IMG/VR virus record: IMGVR_UViG_3300033076_000818
Coordinates: 1-43,883 of that record
DNA length: 43,883 bases
DNA from: a virus
Lineage: Duplodnaviria > Caudoviricetes
Reading direction: 5' to 3' (one strand)
The translations under genes and the position numbers were made by a program. A model generated the notes under the pieces. The model saw nothing but the letters and a program-made list of their open reading frames with translations, had not been told where the DNA came from and did not search any database. Every line of letters starts with the position of its first letter. Positions within the stretch are counted from its first letter, which is position 1. Shown here one piece after another: positions 42,849 to 43,883 of this stretch.

Positions 42849-43054
42849 TGGCCACGAAGAAGCAGGCGCCGCAGATCGGCAAGAGCGCGTACGTCGTCAT
42901 CGACACGGACGGCAGCGTGATTTGGTCGTTCTCGAACGCTGACAGGCGCGTTGCGTCAGTGTGGGCCGAGCATCGTCCAGGCCGCAAGATCGCGCGCGTC
43001 GAGGCGGTAGAGATCGTCAGGAAGTCGAGGAAGCCAAAGGAGTCGAAGCGATGA
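42848..43054 (+). CDS. Small basic protein
   Basis: Coupled; similar to next gene. Confidence 0.6.
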   Translation: MATKKQAPQIGKSAYVVIDTDGSVIWSFSNADRRVASVWAEHRPGRKIARVEAVEIVRKSRKPKESKR

Positions 43055-43248
43055 GCAAGCAAGCGAAGAAGCGGCCGAAGCCGTTGATGGCGTGGGCCGT
43101 TGCATCCGACGGGGTGCTCAACGGCAATTACGTGTTCAAGAGCCGGGGAGAGGCCCGCGACTGGGGGGGCTACGCCGGTCAAGAAGTCATCCGCGTCCGC
43201 ATCGTCCCCGTCGTCGCCAAGGCCAAGCGGCGGAAGGGGGCGAAGTGA
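43051..43248 (+). CDS. Small basic protein
   Basis: AAGGAG RBS; coupled. Confidence 0.6.
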   Translation: MSKQAKKRPKPLMAWAVASDGVLNGNYVFKSRGEARDWGGYAGQEVIRVRIVPVVAKAKRRKGAK

Positions 43249-43478
43249 ACAAGCGCAAAGCCATGATCGGCCGGGTCTGCCTGGAGTGCGTGCATTGCCA
43301 CGTCGACCCCGGCAGCGAGGGCTACAGCGAATACACGCCTGGCTCGCCGTTCGAGTTCCACTGCGGTAAGGGCAAGGTGTTCCAGTTCGGCGTCTACCAC
43401 GGATCGAAGGCAACGCTGCTTGCCGACATCCGCCAAGCTGAGACGTGCGACGAGTTCAAGCTTGAGGTGAAGCCGTGA
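43245..43478 (+). CDS. Cys-rich hypothetical protein
   Basis: CLECVHC...C.KG...AETCDEF. Confidence 0.65.
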   Translation: MNKRKAMIGRVCLECVHCHVDPGSEGYSEYTPGSPFEFHCGKGKVFQFGVYHGSKATLLADIRQAETCDEFKLEVKP

Positions 43479-43883
43479 CCGACCAACCTACGACGTGGAC
43501 GCCGGAGCGGGCGCTGGCGATGTTGCGCGACTGGCGAGACGCGAAAAGCTACAGCAGCTTCTCCAGCAAGTGGGGCAATCCTGACCGTGGCCGGGTGGCG
43601 TTCGAAGCCCTCGAATCCGCCGCCGCAGAGATCGAGCGGCAGAAGGCGCGGGCGGATGCGGCCGAACGCGAGCGCGATGGCTGGCGACGCGAGGAGTCGA
43701 AGTGCGTCAGGGTGGCGCGCGATACTCTCGGCTCCGATGCGCCTGCGCACCTGTCGACGATCGCCGATTGCGTCGTGTCCTTGGGTGCGCTTGTCGAGCG
43801 GCTGCGCGCCGAACTCGCCGCGAAGCATCCGGCTGCTGGCGACGAGCCGTTGCTTGGCTTGGCCACAACGCGGCAGATGCTGG
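43475..43883 (+). CDS. Modular coiled-coil early protein, open to window end
   Basis: GAGGTG RBS, GTG start, no stop to 43883; shares sequence with 1-76 and 280-314. Confidence 0.7.
   Translation, partial: MTDQPTTWTPERALAMLRDWRDAKSYSSFSSKWGNPDRGRVAFEALESAAAEIERQKARADAAERERDGWRREESKCVRVARDTLGSDAPAHLSTIADCVVSLGALVERLRAELAAKHPAAGDEPLLGLATTRQML

Noticed and set aside
43744-43883. True T7-like direct terminal repeat
   Set aside because: The match lies mid-gene and the window continues 64 bp past it into variant sequence; better explained as a circular assembly junction.
1-43883. Stop-codon reassignment linked to tRNA-Trp/Gln
   Set aside because: Anticodons are standard (CCA, TTG); core genes are intact under the standard code, with TGA and TAG used as stops.

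Overview
This window is an apparently near-complete (~43.7 kb), GC-rich, short-tailed (podovirus-type) phage genome; bases 1-76 recur at 43744-43819, suggesting circularity. The late module (4.9-29.8 kb) has BPP-1/APSE/T7-like organisation: TerS, TerL, GNAT, portal, a holin/lipoprotein cassette, scaffold, major capsid, two Bbp16-like cement proteins, tail tubular A and B, and three internal virion proteins. It is followed by a minus-strand repressor plus membrane/lipoprotein operon and two long early operons of small, translationally coupled genes (RuvC-like resolvase, RecE-like exonuclease, Ead/Ea22-like proteins, several HTHs). I could not recognise an integrase, DNA polymerase, helicase, RNA polymerase, endolysin or stand-alone tail fibre. 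The most unusual element is ~940 nt opposite the repressor (31265-32210) tiled by about eleven self-closed structured RNA units (two tRNAs, one aberrant tRNA, the rest unidentified), mostly separated by a recurring CTTCTTC-type linker. Other highlights: a GH28/GH49-like glycosidase fused to the tail adaptor with a possible internal start; two related AT-rich palindromes 30 kb apart; a duplicated Arg-rich SGQWWRRP peptide; and a repeated leaderless late promoter. All calls come from reading the sequence and recalled family motifs; no searches or folding programs were run.
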